UHGV virus genome: UHGV-0033546
Strand: one strand, 5' to 3'
Length of the DNA: 64,000 nucleotides
DNA from: a virus
In this document: positions 8,239 to 18,545 of the stretch, one piece after another
How the letters are laid out: every line of letters starts with the position of its first letter
Position numbering within the stretch: position 1 is the stretch's first letter
Program-made: the position numbers and the translations under genes
Notes under the pieces: model-generated
What the model saw: only the letters and a program-made list of their open reading frames with translations
Told to the model about the DNA's origin: nothing
The model's database searches: none

Positions 8239-9665
8239 TAAAATTTTAATTCATTTGCCAAAGCATCTAACTGAGCTCGAGCGGATTCGTTTCTTTGATA
8301 GCGGTTCTGTTCAGCTTGAATCTGCTGTGAACCTGCTACTTCGTTCACTTCGGTTGGAGTAGAATCTTGTTCAATTTCTACCCATTTCTGATTTCCTTTT
8401 TGAACACCCATCAAAAACTTATTCCATTTATTCTTATCACCATATCGTGATTTGATTTGCTTAATGAGTTGTTGTTCAGCAGCTGCTAACTCTTCAGTTT
8501 CAATGACCGCAAGCATAAAATCGGCTGTCGCTGGAAGACCAGCAGATTCTGCTATATCACTCATGTTAACATCAGAAGAGTCCCAAGCTTGTTTACCAAC
8601 CTGCGCTGCAGTCCAAAGAACAGTTTCAGTTTCAACAGCCAGAGCACGTAATTCCTCTGCAATAGCTTTAACAGTTGTGTAACTATTTTCTGAATAAACT
8701 CGGATGCGGCACGATTTACAAATACCTAGATAGTCGACAATAATGATTGTTGGAACAAAATTCTTCTTGAGCTTCAATTCATTCAAGAGAGACCTGAATG
8801 TGTTAGCATCTGCTCCACCAGTAGGATACTGTTTAACAATTAAACGACCGAGAGTAGATTTCTCACGCCATTTTTCCATTTTTCCTTTATACTCAGCGTA
8901 AGAAATATGCCCATCATCAATGTCATCAAGAGAAACATCAAGCATATTAGCATCAATGCGCTTAGCACAGACTTCTTCTGCCATTTCCATGGAAATGTAA
9001 AGAACATTATGTCCAAGCTGCAAATAATCTGCTGCTAATGAACACAATCCTAATGACTTACCAACGTTAACACCAGCCATTAAAACGTTCAGTGTTCCAG
9101 TCTCAGCTCCGCCTTTAGTAATTTTATTCAGAATTTTGAGTCTAAATGGAACCTTACGAGCTTTATTCATATAAGATAGCCAACGTGCTTCGTAGTCATC
9201 CATCCAATCATGGCCAACGTAGCTATCAAATGAAATTGATAATGCTTGACGCATGATGTCAGGAATAGCACCTACATCTGGCATTTTCTTATTTCGTTTT
9301 TCCGGAGGAAGCTCAGCATTGGTTTGAATTTCAATTATTTTAGACGTAGCATTAAACATCGCCCTTTGCTGAACATATTTTTCTGTTTCTTTTACTAACC
9401 AACTGTGGTCTTCCGGAGAATCAGCTAGTTTTGAAATAAGTGTTTTTACACCAGAATATTCTGTTTCAGTAAATGAACTATTTTCTAATGCAACATTTAA
9501 CGCATTAATAGATGGAACGCTATGGTACTCATTGACATGAGATTTAATTAATTTGAATGTATTTTTAGCTGGACCACTTTCAAAATATTCTGAATCCATA
9601 TATGGCCAAACTTTTGAAAAATAAGCTTGATCAAATATGAGATGAGAAAGAATAATTTCTACCAC
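8238..9665 (-). CDS. 41: replicative DNA helicase gp41
   Basis: 475 aa; DnaB-family Walker A GVNVGKS; matches recalled T4 gp41. Confidence 0.9.
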   Translation of the reverse strand: MVEIILSHLIFDQAYFSKVWPYMDSEYFESGPAKNTFKLIKSHVNEYHSVPSINALNVALENSSFTETEYSGVKTLISKLADSPEDHSWLVKETEKYVQQRAMFNATSKIIEIQTNAELPPEKRNKKMPDVGAIPDIMRQALSISFDSYVGHDWMDDYEARWLSYMNKARKVPFRLKILNKITKGGAETGTLNVLMAGVNVGKSLGLCSLAADYLQLGHNVLYISMEMAEEVCAKRIDANMLDVSLDDIDDGHISYAEYKGKMEKWREKSTLGRLIVKQYPTGGADANTFRSLLNELKLKKNFVPTIIIVDYLGICKSCRIRVYSENSYTTVKAIAEELRALAVETETVLWTAAQVGKQAWDSSDVNMSDIAESAGLPATADFMLAVIETEELAAAEQQLIKQIKSRYGDKNKWNKFLMGVQKGNQKWVEIEQDSTPTEVNEVAGSQQIQAEQNRYQRNESARAQLDALANELKF

Positions 9666-9674
9666 ACTTACTCC

Positions 9675-10019
9675 TTAAAAGAATTTAAATTTTTTCTTTG
9701 ACCTTTTATTAAATGCATCTTGTAGTTGCATTGTAATACATTTTTCTACATGAGGAGCTAACTCAGCTTTTCTTTCTTGGTCAAGAACAGCAAAGTCCAT
9801 TACAACCTTTCCATCAACCCAATCTAATTTTGTCACATACACAATGTGTGTAGAACCATCTTCTAGTTTAATGACAATCTCCTGGATAACATTTTCCATG
9901 GCAGATTTAATTATCTTAAGAGATTCATTAAAAAGACGTTCTTTTCTTTCTTCTTCCCCCTCCGAAGAGGGGGATTCATCGATAATTTCTAGATCTAAAT
10001 CTAAATCATCTTTATTCAT
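9675..10019 (-). CDS. 40: gp40-like head assembly protein
   Basis: 114 aa from ATG 10019 overlapping uvsX stop (ATGAATAA); alternative ATG at 10037. Confidence 0.5.
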   Translation of the reverse strand: MNKDDLDLDLEIIDESPSSEGEEERKERLFNESLKIIKSAMENVIQEIVIKLEDGSTHIVYVTKLDWVDGKVVMDFAVLDQERKAELAPHVEKCITMQLQDAFNKRSKKKFKFF

Positions 10020-11193
10020 TAAATTCTTCCATATCACTTAACTGATCTAGGTCAGTTTCTAAATCAGCTGCTGATTTACTTTTACTTTCTGGAGATTTAA
10101 ATTTTTCAACCTTTGAGTTAATCAATTCATCAACTTCAGCTTCAACAATTTCATTACTATCAATAGCACCTAATTGATAAGCACGTTTAATAGCATCTCG
10201 GAATGGCTGATGCTTAAATAAAGGACCCCAGAATGTAGTGCAGTTGGTATCTTTTGCACGCCAAGATTTTTCTTCGCGAATCATCTCGCCGGTTTCTTCG
10301 TCAAGAAATTCACGAGCATACCAGCCATTTTTTGGTTTTACCACAAATCCTAATTCAAGAGCCATATCTAACAATCCAGAATAAGGATCGATACCACCGT
10401 CAAATTTAACATCAATAAAGAATTTACTTTTTTCTTTAACAGTACGAGATTTTTCTACATTTAGAACAAATTGATACCCCTGAAGATCAGAACCATCTTT
10501 AATCTGGCGCTTACCGATAATGAATACAGTATCAGCCGAATACATTACGCCTGTACCACCTGTCATCACGGTTTTACTAAACATTTCAATTGTTTCAATT
10601 GTATGGTTAACCGCAACACATGGAATATTTTTAATGCTAAAATAAGGAGTAACAATACGGAATAATGACTTCAGCGATTTAGCACGAGTCATATCTGCCA
10701 CAGATTTTTCATTCAAGGCATCTTCCGTTTCTTTCTTAGAAGCCATATTACCGATTGAGTCGATGAATACAATAACCTTTTCACCACGCTCAATAGCTTC
10801 AAGCTGATTCACCATATCAATTTTCAGCTGTTCAACTGACTGGATTGGCGTATGAATTACTCGTTCCGGGTCAACACCCATGGATCGCAAATAAGCTGGA
10901 GTAATACCAAATTCGCTATCATAAAATAGACAAACCGCGTCAGGATATTTGTTCAAATACGCCGCAACCATAGTCAAAGACATATTTGATTTAAAGTGTT
11001 TAGAAGGACCTGCAAAAATGGTTAAACCAGACTGCATACCACCATCAATCGCACCAGAAATAGCGATATTAAGCATTGGGATTTTTGTGCGAATTACATC
11101 CTTTTCATTAAAGAATTTAGATGTAGTCAGTTCAGCAGTCATTTTAGAAGTGGAAGCTTTAATCAAACGGGATTTTAAATCTGCAATAGACAT
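10012..11193 (-). CDS. uvsX: recombinase UvsX (RecA-like)
   Basis: 393 aa; Walker A GPSKHFKS; close match to recalled T4 UvsX. Confidence 0.9.
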   Translation of the reverse strand: MSIADLKSRLIKASTSKMTAELTTSKFFNEKDVIRTKIPMLNIAISGAIDGGMQSGLTIFAGPSKHFKSNMSLTMVAAYLNKYPDAVCLFYDSEFGITPAYLRSMGVDPERVIHTPIQSVEQLKIDMVNQLEAIERGEKVIVFIDSIGNMASKKETEDALNEKSVADMTRAKSLKSLFRIVTPYFSIKNIPCVAVNHTIETIEMFSKTVMTGGTGVMYSADTVFIIGKRQIKDGSDLQGYQFVLNVEKSRTVKEKSKFFIDVKFDGGIDPYSGLLDMALELGFVVKPKNGWYAREFLDEETGEMIREEKSWRAKDTNCTTFWGPLFKHQPFRDAIKRAYQLGAIDSNEIVEAEVDELINSKVEKFKSPESKSKSAADLETDLDQLSDMEEFNE

Positions 11194-11270
11194 TCATTTT
11201 TTCCATAGGCATCATTATATTTTCCTCACTGGTTAAAGATAGAGTAATTATAACACAATAAATTTAGGCA

Positions 11271-12119
11271 TTAATCAACTGCTATTGGATGAATAGCATT
11301 AAACTTATGAAATGCTTCTGATTTTTCTTTACGCGAAACACACATACGAAGAACCTTTAATGGCTCGTCTTCTTCACCCAACGATTTTCGTTTTTCAATA
11401 TTAGAAGTTTTCCAACGAGCTTGCTCTGGAAACTCTCTATTGATTTGCTCAAGAGCTCTATTATGTTTTGAATTACTACGAATTGAACTACACCCACCAG
11501 GAGCTTGTGCTTTTCCAGATACAACTAGATATTTGAACAAGGCCAAATGCGGATAACCTTGATTAATTAAATTGAGAAATGCATACATATCTTCGCATAA
11601 ATCAATTTTTCCATACCCAATTTGTTCTGTGGTAAGTTTTCCTAAATCATACCATGTATTTGTGAATCCATATGAATTTTCACGATAATTACCCCAAGAT
11701 GAAGTAATTTTAAAAATTGGTAGACGAGCATGGCCATGATAATACCCGCAATCCATGGCATCTTCAACGTATTGAATCAATTCATAGAACTGTTCACGAG
11801 TTAATTGATTAATTTTATCTACGCAGCGACGATCATCTTTCTTTCGCATTGAACTCATACGAATAGTAGTATCATCATCAATCATCCAAATTCGTTGACC
11901 TGCATACATATCAGTAATTGCTTTACGAGTACCAGCAATTCCGTTAACATCATCAGGAATAGTTATAATTTTAGCTCTAGACCCGTAAGCGTCATAATAA
12001 GCTTTTTCTTCATGTTTACGCACTACAATATGGGGTTCATAATCAGTCGGAAACATATCAAGGGCAGAAACTGCCCCGACACGCTGATAACTTGGAATTA
12101 CGAATTGAATCATTTCCAC
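11271..12119 (-). CDS. GT-A-type glycosyltransferase at the beta-gt locus (possible T2/T6-type beta-alpha glucosyltransferase)
   Basis: 282 aa; N-terminal FVIPSYQR and DxD (WMIDDD); not like 351-aa T4 beta-gt. Confidence 0.55.
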   Translation of the reverse strand: MEMIQFVIPSYQRVGAVSALDMFPTDYEPHIVVRKHEEKAYYDAYGSRAKIITIPDDVNGIAGTRKAITDMYAGQRIWMIDDDTTIRMSSMRKKDDRRCVDKINQLTREQFYELIQYVEDAMDCGYYHGHARLPIFKITSSWGNYRENSYGFTNTWYDLGKLTTEQIGYGKIDLCEDMYAFLNLINQGYPHLALFKYLVVSGKAQAPGGCSSIRSNSKHNRALEQINREFPEQARWKTSNIEKRKSLGEEDEPLKVLRMCVSRKEKSEAFHKFNAIHPIAVD

Positions 12120-12850
12120 TCACCATTATAATCTTTTTTCGCAATATGAGTTTCGCCAGTATTCCACCAATGGTCAACCAAATAAAACTGATTTTCGTAC
12201 ACATGAAGACTTCCGACATTCCATATAATAGAACCTGCTTTATACTGTCGTGATGGGTCGCCTGCATTCAAATCAGATACTAATTTATCTAGTACGTATT
12301 TTTGCCACGCATAATCATTACGATAGCCTGCCCAGCAGTCATTGCTTCTCATATTAACAACTGCATTGACTTTCTTATCACGAATCAGGTACTGTACTGT
12401 ATTAGTACACATGAAATCTGACATGCCGTCTTTGTTGTAGTCAAACTGCATAGATGGACGAGTATAAATCATGATACCACGCCGAGAATCAGGATTTTGA
12501 CCAAGTTCAGCTAAACACATATCATACTGGGCATAGTTATTTTCTGACCAGATAGCCCAACCATAATTCGAGTTAATTTCGCCTTTAGAAGATGCTACCT
12601 GCTGCCAAATCTTTGGTGTTTCACCTGGAATATCTTTAACAAACAAGCTCTTAGATTTATACCATTCAAGTTCACGCTGAATGTATTCATCATTAAGAGC
12701 GCCAAAAATAAACGGTTCATCTGCTACAAATGATGCGCCAATAATTTCAATAGTTTTAACACCAGTTTTATCAACTACGAAATCTTTTTCCTTTAATGCA
12801 AGCCCCAAATGAAGACGGATTTCTTCAACTGTCATAGAGTCACTAATCAT
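12110..12850 (-). CDS. 42: dCMP hydroxymethylase gp42
   Basis: 246 aa; thymidylate-synthase-like fold; near-identical to recalled T4 gp42. Confidence 0.9.
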   Translation of the reverse strand: MISDSMTVEEIRLHLGLALKEKDFVVDKTGVKTIEIIGASFVADEPFIFGALNDEYIQRELEWYKSKSLFVKDIPGETPKIWQQVASSKGEINSNYGWAIWSENNYAQYDMCLAELGQNPDSRRGIMIYTRPSMQFDYNKDGMSDFMCTNTVQYLIRDKKVNAVVNMRSNDCWAGYRNDYAWQKYVLDKLVSDLNAGDPSRQYKAGSIIWNVGSLHVYENQFYLVDHWWNTGETHIAKKDYNGEWK

Positions 12851-12857
12851 TTAAACC

Positions 12858-13007
12858 TCAATTGATACATTCATATTTAACTTGTAACAGTAATAAACTC
12901 CAACCTAAAATAATAGTTGGAATCATAAGAGGAACCGTTACACTATAGTATATACTTATTATAATCATCAAGATTAAAAGCAATGCTGCTATAATTTTGC
13001 TTTTCAT
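12858..13007 (-). CDS. hypothetical small membrane protein (49 aa)
   Basis: ATG 13007 overlaps imm stop (ATGA); MKSKIIAALLLILMIIISIYY... Confidence 0.35.
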   Translation of the reverse strand: MKSKIIAALLLILMIIISIYYSVTVPLMIPTIILGWSLLLLQVKYECIN

Positions 13008-13255
13008 TCCTTCTCTCTGATGATAATTACTTGATTTGGTTGTGCAGACTTTTTAGTTTCACCTGCAATTGACCAAATAAATGTAATAAACCAACCAATA
13101 ATTGACCAATTAAACAGTAAAGATGTGAAAAAGATTCCTACTGTCGATTTTGACCCACGCATCAAGGCGATGAACCACGGAAGCATGTATATAATAATAG
13201 CCAACACGCCTGAAACTAAAACCATAAAAATTGAACCTGCTACTAAAGTTTCCAT
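13004..13255 (-). CDS. imm: immunity protein Imm (superinfection exclusion)
   Basis: 83 aa, two TM segments; position between 42 and 43 as in T4. Confidence 0.6.
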   Translation of the reverse strand: METLVAGSIFMVLVSGVLAIIIYMLPWFIALMRGSKSTVGIFFTSLLFNWSIIGWFITFIWSIAGETKKSAQPNQVIIIREKE

Positions 13256-13262
13256 GTTTTCC

Positions 13263-13643
13263 TCACTTAGTCAAATTTTTTACACATGAATTATAAGAAT
13301 TCACTACATACTCCATCGGAGCATTTTTACCAGTACGCCATTGGTAATTATTAGCCCAATTAGCCCAAAGTTCGGCACAGTAGTTTTCAATTTTTTCTTC
13401 GCGTGTAATTACATCTGAATTACGATATGCTTGAGCAGATTCATCTGGACGAATAGCCTCGTCAAAATTCGCCTGCATTTGTTCTACCGTCTGTTTTGGA
13501 GCTTCTTTATAACACTTGACGTTAGGATTATAAAACTTACTTGAACAGTTTACAATTTTTCCTACATCAGATTGATTTACTACCGGTCCTTGAGCTACAC
13601 AACCAGTAAGACCCAATGCAATAACTAAAATAGTGATTTTCAT
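13263..13643 (-). CDS. predicted lipoprotein
   Basis: start re-assigned to ATG 13643 (GGAG SD); MKITILVIALGLTGC lipobox; 126 aa. Confidence 0.55.
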   Translation of the reverse strand: MKITILVIALGLTGCVAQGPVVNQSDVGKIVNCSSKFYNPNVKCYKEAPKQTVEQMQANFDEAIRPDESAQAYRNSDVITREEKIENYCAELWANWANNYQWRTGKNAPMEYVVNSYNSCVKNLTK

Positions 13644-13677
13644 TTCATTCTCCAAATCTGTATTGGTTGATAGTTGT

Positions 13678-13707
13678 ATAGTACCATGGAAGAACAGGGA
13701 TGTAAAT
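13678..13707 (-). promoter_or_regulatory. T4-type early promoter (variant -35 ATTTAC)
   Basis: minus strand ATTTACA, 18 nt, TGG-TACTAT; part of 63-bp repeat shared with 56818..56880. Confidence 0.5.
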
Positions 13708-13790
13708 AGTTTTGTGAAAAAATTTTTAATGAATTTACAGGACCTAGAATCATCTATTTTTCCTAAGTATAGATTTATATTACTTGTATG

Positions 13791-13811
13791 AAAAAGGGAC
13801 CCGGAGGTCCC
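13791..13811 (-). terminator. intrinsic terminator after gene 43
   Basis: GGGACC-CGGA-GGTCCC hairpin followed by T5 on minus strand. Confidence 0.55.
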
Positions 13812-13824
13812 TAGATTTATTCTA

Positions 13825-16521
13825 TCAGCCAAACAGGAAGTCTAACGAAGCTTTTTCCTCATAGTCCATACCTGCAGATTCACACATACCCGCAAGCGGT
13901 TTAACAAACGATTTTTGGAACAAAGTTGAGTAGTCAATCCAAGACAGTACGTCAGAACGAATTTCTTTTGGAAGTTCCGTACCCGATGGCCAAGCAATGC
14001 ACTTATCACCAAATGGATTTCCTTCACGTAATGGAAGAACCATTACCTTATTTCCATCCAAAATTGGAGCTACACCTAAACCGTTAACAGCTCGACGATA
14101 AGTTAGTACACCACGAATATGGAACGGACATTTAAATCCTGGCCAACCTTTATCATCATATTTCGCTATATCGTTCGCAGTTTTTACTTCAGCAATAACT
14201 TTATAGTCAAGTTGACGATATTCTTTCTCGAAGTTCTTGTAATATTCTTGGACAGACTCTTCACCTTCCTGAAGAATACGACGAATACTTTCTTCGAGAG
14301 CTTCTTGGACCGCTTTAGGCGTTGAGCTCTGCTGAGTTTCCATACCCATGATTTTTAGATGCGGTTCGGCAAATCGCTTATCTTCCATATCATAAACGTT
14401 CAGAGCATAACGTTTTTTCGCTTTCCAAAATCCACCGACACCCTTTGAACCAAGCGGAGGGCAAGAAATAGCTTCACGGTCCATATGCATCAGATGCTCG
14501 CGGTTATTCATATAATCACATAACTCGCGATATGCAACATCAATCATAGGTTCCATCTTTTTCTTACCGAACTGATTCATGAATTCAACTAAATCATTTT
14601 GTTCTTTAAAGCGATCAAGACCTACTTTTTCAATAACTTTATCTACACAAACATATACCGAATCAGTATCACCTGCTGCGATGAAATCTTCACCATTAGT
14701 TCCACATACTTTATTCAGATATTCATTAATTTTGCGAGCAATCCACTGAATACCGACTTGACCGAAAATTGTGATAGCAGTAGCATTTCGCAAATCATAG
14801 TAACGGAAATGAATATTACCAAGAGCACCATAAAGACTGTTAATAAGAATTTTACGGTTCAGCTGATTTGTGTTAGCAAGTGTAGCAGCTTTTTCACATT
14901 CTTCAATCAGACTATTAAGAACAGATTCGGTGTAATTCGATAATTCGTTTAAGAAATCATCACTGAACTTAACATATCGTTCAACTTCTGGTTTAGTTGA
15001 GCAAGACCCTGCACCTTTCATAATAATCTTTTTAATAGCTTCGGCATTCATTTCTTCCGCGAACATTTTCTTTTTCCAATCTTTACGCTGGAAAAATACT
15101 TTAGCGATTTCCTTTGGAATGATACCTTCTTGGTGCTTATCATACATCCATCCATTCGGAGAGCAAGAATATTCATCACTTGGCTTAGGAGCTGTTCCTG
15201 CGATATATTCATGAATTGGATGAACTTTAAACTGCCCACGAATAGTCTCAGGACTAATGTTAACCTGACGAATAATGCTAGGATACAGAGACGTCAAGTC
15301 AAAACTCATAATGTATCGACGAGCAATCGGTTTAGGTTCAAACACAAATGCACCTGGAAAACTCTGTTTAACGTGCGAACCTTGTTGAGGAATAACCTTA
15401 TGTTCACCTTTCAATGAGTTAAAAATAATAGCATCCCAAGTTTTAATAGGACTCATTACACCAGAAAAAGGCATTTTAGCATAATAAGACATACTTAAAA
15501 CTAGATCGATAAACCCACGAATTTTATCAATTGCTTGAACTGATTCTACGTCAATGATGTTATAACTAATGTATCGTTGATGATTAGTCTCACGAAGTTT
15601 ATTAATAGGACCATCGTACGGCAATTTACCTTTTTTGGTTTCATGTTGAGCAACTGATTCCAAAGAGAATGACGGCAAATTAGTAAAAGCGAATTTCTTG
15701 TACAAATCTAAATAATCAAGAATAGATACGCCATCAATAGAATAAATTTCTTTGCTACCATACATATTTTGAATTAGTTTAGATTTTACTCGACCGATTG
15801 GAGAGAAGCGTTTCATACTGCGTTCGCCCAGAACCATTTTAACACGATTCATGATATACGGAACGTCAAATCCCTCAATATTCCAACCGGTAAAAATAGC
15901 AGGTCGTTTCTGTTCCCAGAGATTAATATATTCCATGAGCATATCACGCTCATTATCGAATGGCATATAAATTACTCGGTCAAGAATTTCTTGAGGAACT
16001 TCATCACCACCTTCACAGTCAAGCTTAGCAGCTAACTTTGCATCCCATTTTGATACTGAACCGTACATTGAATTCAAAAGGTCGAAAACATAAAAACGAT
16101 CATCAATTGAATCATAATGGGTGATAGCATCAATTTCATATTCTGCTTTCATTGGGTCAGGAAATTTATCACCAGTAACCTCAATGTCGCAGTTAGCTAC
16201 ACGAACAAATTTTCGGTCATAAACAATTTCTGAACCATATGTATCACTGATATAAGCGAGTTTAAAATCGTTCATACCAAGAGCTTCGAGACCGATGTCT
16301 TCCATTCGTTTCATCCAATCTCGGGCATCTTTCATTGATGGAAATTTTTGAGGAGCACAGTTTTTACCGTAAATGTCTTTGTACTTTGACTCTTCCTTAC
16401 AGTGCCTAAACATAGTCGGAAGATATTCTACTTCGCGAGTACGTTCCTTTCCGTTTTCATCAATATAACGCTCAACAATGTTATTTCCGACTGTTTCAAT
16501 AGAGATATAAAATTCTTTCAT
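13825..16521 (-). CDS. 43: DNA polymerase gp43 (family B)
   Basis: 898 aa; exo and pol motifs incl. GDTDS; length as T4 gp43. Confidence 0.95.
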   Translation of the reverse strand: MKEFYISIETVGNNIVERYIDENGKERTREVEYLPTMFRHCKEESKYKDIYGKNCAPQKFPSMKDARDWMKRMEDIGLEALGMNDFKLAYISDTYGSEIVYDRKFVRVANCDIEVTGDKFPDPMKAEYEIDAITHYDSIDDRFYVFDLLNSMYGSVSKWDAKLAAKLDCEGGDEVPQEILDRVIYMPFDNERDMLMEYINLWEQKRPAIFTGWNIEGFDVPYIMNRVKMVLGERSMKRFSPIGRVKSKLIQNMYGSKEIYSIDGVSILDYLDLYKKFAFTNLPSFSLESVAQHETKKGKLPYDGPINKLRETNHQRYISYNIIDVESVQAIDKIRGFIDLVLSMSYYAKMPFSGVMSPIKTWDAIIFNSLKGEHKVIPQQGSHVKQSFPGAFVFEPKPIARRYIMSFDLTSLYPSIIRQVNISPETIRGQFKVHPIHEYIAGTAPKPSDEYSCSPNGWMYDKHQEGIIPKEIAKVFFQRKDWKKKMFAEEMNAEAIKKIIMKGAGSCSTKPEVERYVKFSDDFLNELSNYTESVLNSLIEECEKAATLANTNQLNRKILINSLYGALGNIHFRYYDLRNATAITIFGQVGIQWIARKINEYLNKVCGTNGEDFIAAGDTDSVYVCVDKVIEKVGLDRFKEQNDLVEFMNQFGKKKMEPMIDVAYRELCDYMNNREHLMHMDREAISCPPLGSKGVGGFWKAKKRYALNVYDMEDKRFAEPHLKIMGMETQQSSTPKAVQEALEESIRRILQEGEESVQEYYKNFEKEYRQLDYKVIAEVKTANDIAKYDDKGWPGFKCPFHIRGVLTYRRAVNGLGVAPILDGNKVMVLPLREGNPFGDKCIAWPSGTELPKEIRSDVLSWIDYSTLFQKSFVKPLAGMCESAGMDYEEKASLDFLFG

Positions 16522-16579
16522 AGATATTCCTTAGTTTATAGCCCGAGTTATTAGGCTCTTGATATATTATACTCCAAAT

Positions 16580-16597
16580 AAGGGGCCGAAGCCCCTT
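16580..16597 (-). terminator. CUUCGG-tetraloop hairpin between regA and 43
   Basis: AAGGGGC-UUCG-GCCCCUU on minus strand; weak T-run. Confidence 0.5.
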
Positions 16598-16599
16598 GC

Positions 16600-16968
16600 T
16601 TAATTACCAATCGTATATTTAGGAACGAGTTTCCATTCATGTTTTTGTTTAAAAGAAATAACTCGGAAGTTATTAGTTAGATCTTTCATAAAAGTTCTTT
16701 GACCTGGAGCGATTTCAATCAGTCCCCAATCTTCTAACAGCCACGCAATCGAATCACGGCGAACTTCATCTTCTTCTGTCATTTCAACCTGACGGCCATC
16801 CATACGAAGCATTTCTTTAAAATGAACGATATAGTATAGTCCTTTTTTCTGAAGAATATGACAGGACTGATACAAAACTTTATCTTTATTATTAGCAATT
16901 CCCATACGAGTCAAAGTTTCTTTTACTTTCAGAAAATCTTCAGGTTTTTTAAGAGTAATTTCAATCAT
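16600..16968 (-). CDS. regA: translational repressor RegA
   Basis: 122 aa, essentially identical to recalled T4 RegA. Confidence 0.9.
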   Translation of the reverse strand: MIEITLKKPEDFLKVKETLTRMGIANNKDKVLYQSCHILQKKGLYYIVHFKEMLRMDGRQVEMTEEDEVRRDSIAWLLEDWGLIEIAPGQRTFMKDLTNNFRVISFKQKHEWKLVPKYTIGN

Positions 16969-16969
16969 T

Positions 16970-17533
16970 TTACCATTCCAATGCTAGTTTTTTGAGTTGT
17001 TTCTGTTCTTTTACATTCTTAGTCACTTCTTTTAAAAAATCATCCGTGACTAAACCTTTTAGTTCTTTTAATACTAAAGGAAGTTTTCCATTTTTAGTAA
17101 GAATTGATTTATAGTTAATTGCATCATTTGTATTAACTTGATACCGTTTAGCAAGTAACTTAATAATCAATACTTCGGTAGAATCTTCAACCAGTTTTGC
17201 CCATTTACCATATCTTTTACCACGAGGAACTGCAGCCATCAGATAATTAAAATGAGCTTCATCACTTAATCCGGAACCGATTAAATTCATTGCATATACA
17301 GCTGGCATGCACTCCGGAAATTGTGATAATGCATTTTCAACCATGAATTTTGAATAATCTTTTTGAGCAATAGAGCATTTAGTTTTATTATTAATAGCTC
17401 CAATTATTTCAAAAAATTCATTTTCAGATTTTTCCTTAAAAGAATCAGCAGCAGATTGGACAGCTGTCCAATCTTTTGAATACCAAGCAACTTGATGCTT
17501 GTTTAATTGAATATCATCTTCAAATAAGCTCAT
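16970..17533 (-). CDS. 62: clamp-loader subunit gp62
   Basis: 187 aa from ATG 17533 ([11 protein letters not shown]...), TGA-t-ATG junction with gene 44. Confidence 0.85.
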   Translation of the reverse strand: MSLFEDDIQLNKHQVAWYSKDWTAVQSAADSFKEKSENEFFEIIGAINNKTKCSIAQKDYSKFMVENALSQFPECMPAVYAMNLIGSGLSDEAHFNYLMAAVPRGKRYGKWAKLVEDSTEVLIIKLLAKRYQVNTNDAINYKSILTKNGKLPLVLKELKGLVTDDFLKEVTKNVKEQKQLKKLALEW

Positions 17534-17534
17534 A

Positions 17535-18509
17535 TCACTTCCACTGCATTTCACATGCTAATTGAATGAAAAGATATGCTAAATGTAATTCCGTATTAGC
17601 CGCAATTCCATGATACTGATTATTTTCACCAACAATTTCATACATACGAATAATACTTTGCGGAGTTACACGTGAATAAATTTCTTCGGCAAGTTTACCT
17701 ACGAACCACGAATAATCAGCTGCATATTTTGGTGCTAAAGCTCTGAGTTGTTTAACATCTTTATTTTTGAGAGACTCAAGAACATCATCAATAGCACCAC
17801 GATCGTTAGTAACCAATGATAAAATACCAGCATCCAAAACACCTTTAGATGAATAACTATCGAGCTCACCAATAGTTTTACGAAAATCAGGAAAATTCTT
17901 TTTAACCAAAGCTGCTACAACTTTCATATCAGCTATAGCAATTCCTTCATGCTTGCAGATTTCAGTCAATCGACGAATCATCTGCTTCATCATTTCAATT
18001 TTATCTTCATCAGTCGGTTGACCGAATGTAATAACTCGGCAGCGTGACTGAAGCGGTTTAATAATACCATCAATATTGTTAGCAGTAATAATAATACTAC
18101 AGTTTGAACTATAAGCTTCCATAAAGGAACGAAGATGTCGCTGAGACTCTGCTAACCCTGAACGGTCAAATTCATCAATAACGATTACTTTTTGACGACC
18201 ATCAAATGAAGCTGCACTAGCAAAATTAGTCAAAGGACCACGAACGAAATCAATTTTACAATCTGACCCATTCACAAACATCATATCAGCATTTACATCA
18301 TGACACAATGCTTTTGCTACAGTTGTTTTACCTGTTCCTGGAGAAGGAGAATGAAGAATAATATGTGGAATCTTACCTTTACTTGTAATAGATTTAAAGG
18401 TTTCTTTATCAAAGGCGGGAAGAATACATTCATCGATAGTAGATGGACGATATTTCTGTTCAAGAATGTGTTCTTTTTCATTTACAGTAATCATAATTTC
18501 CTCATTCAA
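17535..18509 (-). CDS. 44: clamp-loader ATPase gp44
   Basis: 324 aa; AAA+ Walker A SPGTGKTT, Walker B VIVIDEFD. Confidence 0.9.
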   Translation of the reverse strand: MNEEIMITVNEKEHILEQKYRPSTIDECILPAFDKETFKSITSKGKIPHIILHSPSPGTGKTTVAKALCHDVNADMMFVNGSDCKIDFVRGPLTNFASAASFDGRQKVIVIDEFDRSGLAESQRHLRSFMEAYSSNCSIIITANNIDGIIKPLQSRCRVITFGQPTDEDKIEMMKQMIRRLTEICKHEGIAIADMKVVAALVKKNFPDFRKTIGELDSYSSKGVLDAGILSLVTNDRGAIDDVLESLKNKDVKQLRALAPKYAADYSWFVGKLAEEIYSRVTPQSIIRMYEIVGENNQYHGIAANTELHLAYLFIQLACEMQWK

Positions 18510-18526
18510 GTTTTAGTGTAAATTAT

Positions 18527-18544
18527 AAAGGGCCGAAGCCCTTT
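18527..18544 (-). terminator. CUUCGG-tetraloop hairpin between 45 and 44
   Basis: AAAGGGC-UUCG-GCCCUUU on minus strand immediately after gene 45 stop. Confidence 0.5.
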
Positions 18545-18545
18545 A

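Noticed and set aside
14599-14943. Plus-strand ORFs inside gene 43 (for example 14119..14325, 14599..14943, 15130..15417)
   Set aside because: Antisense to a well-supported polymerase gene; low-complexity translations typical of AT-rich shadow frames.
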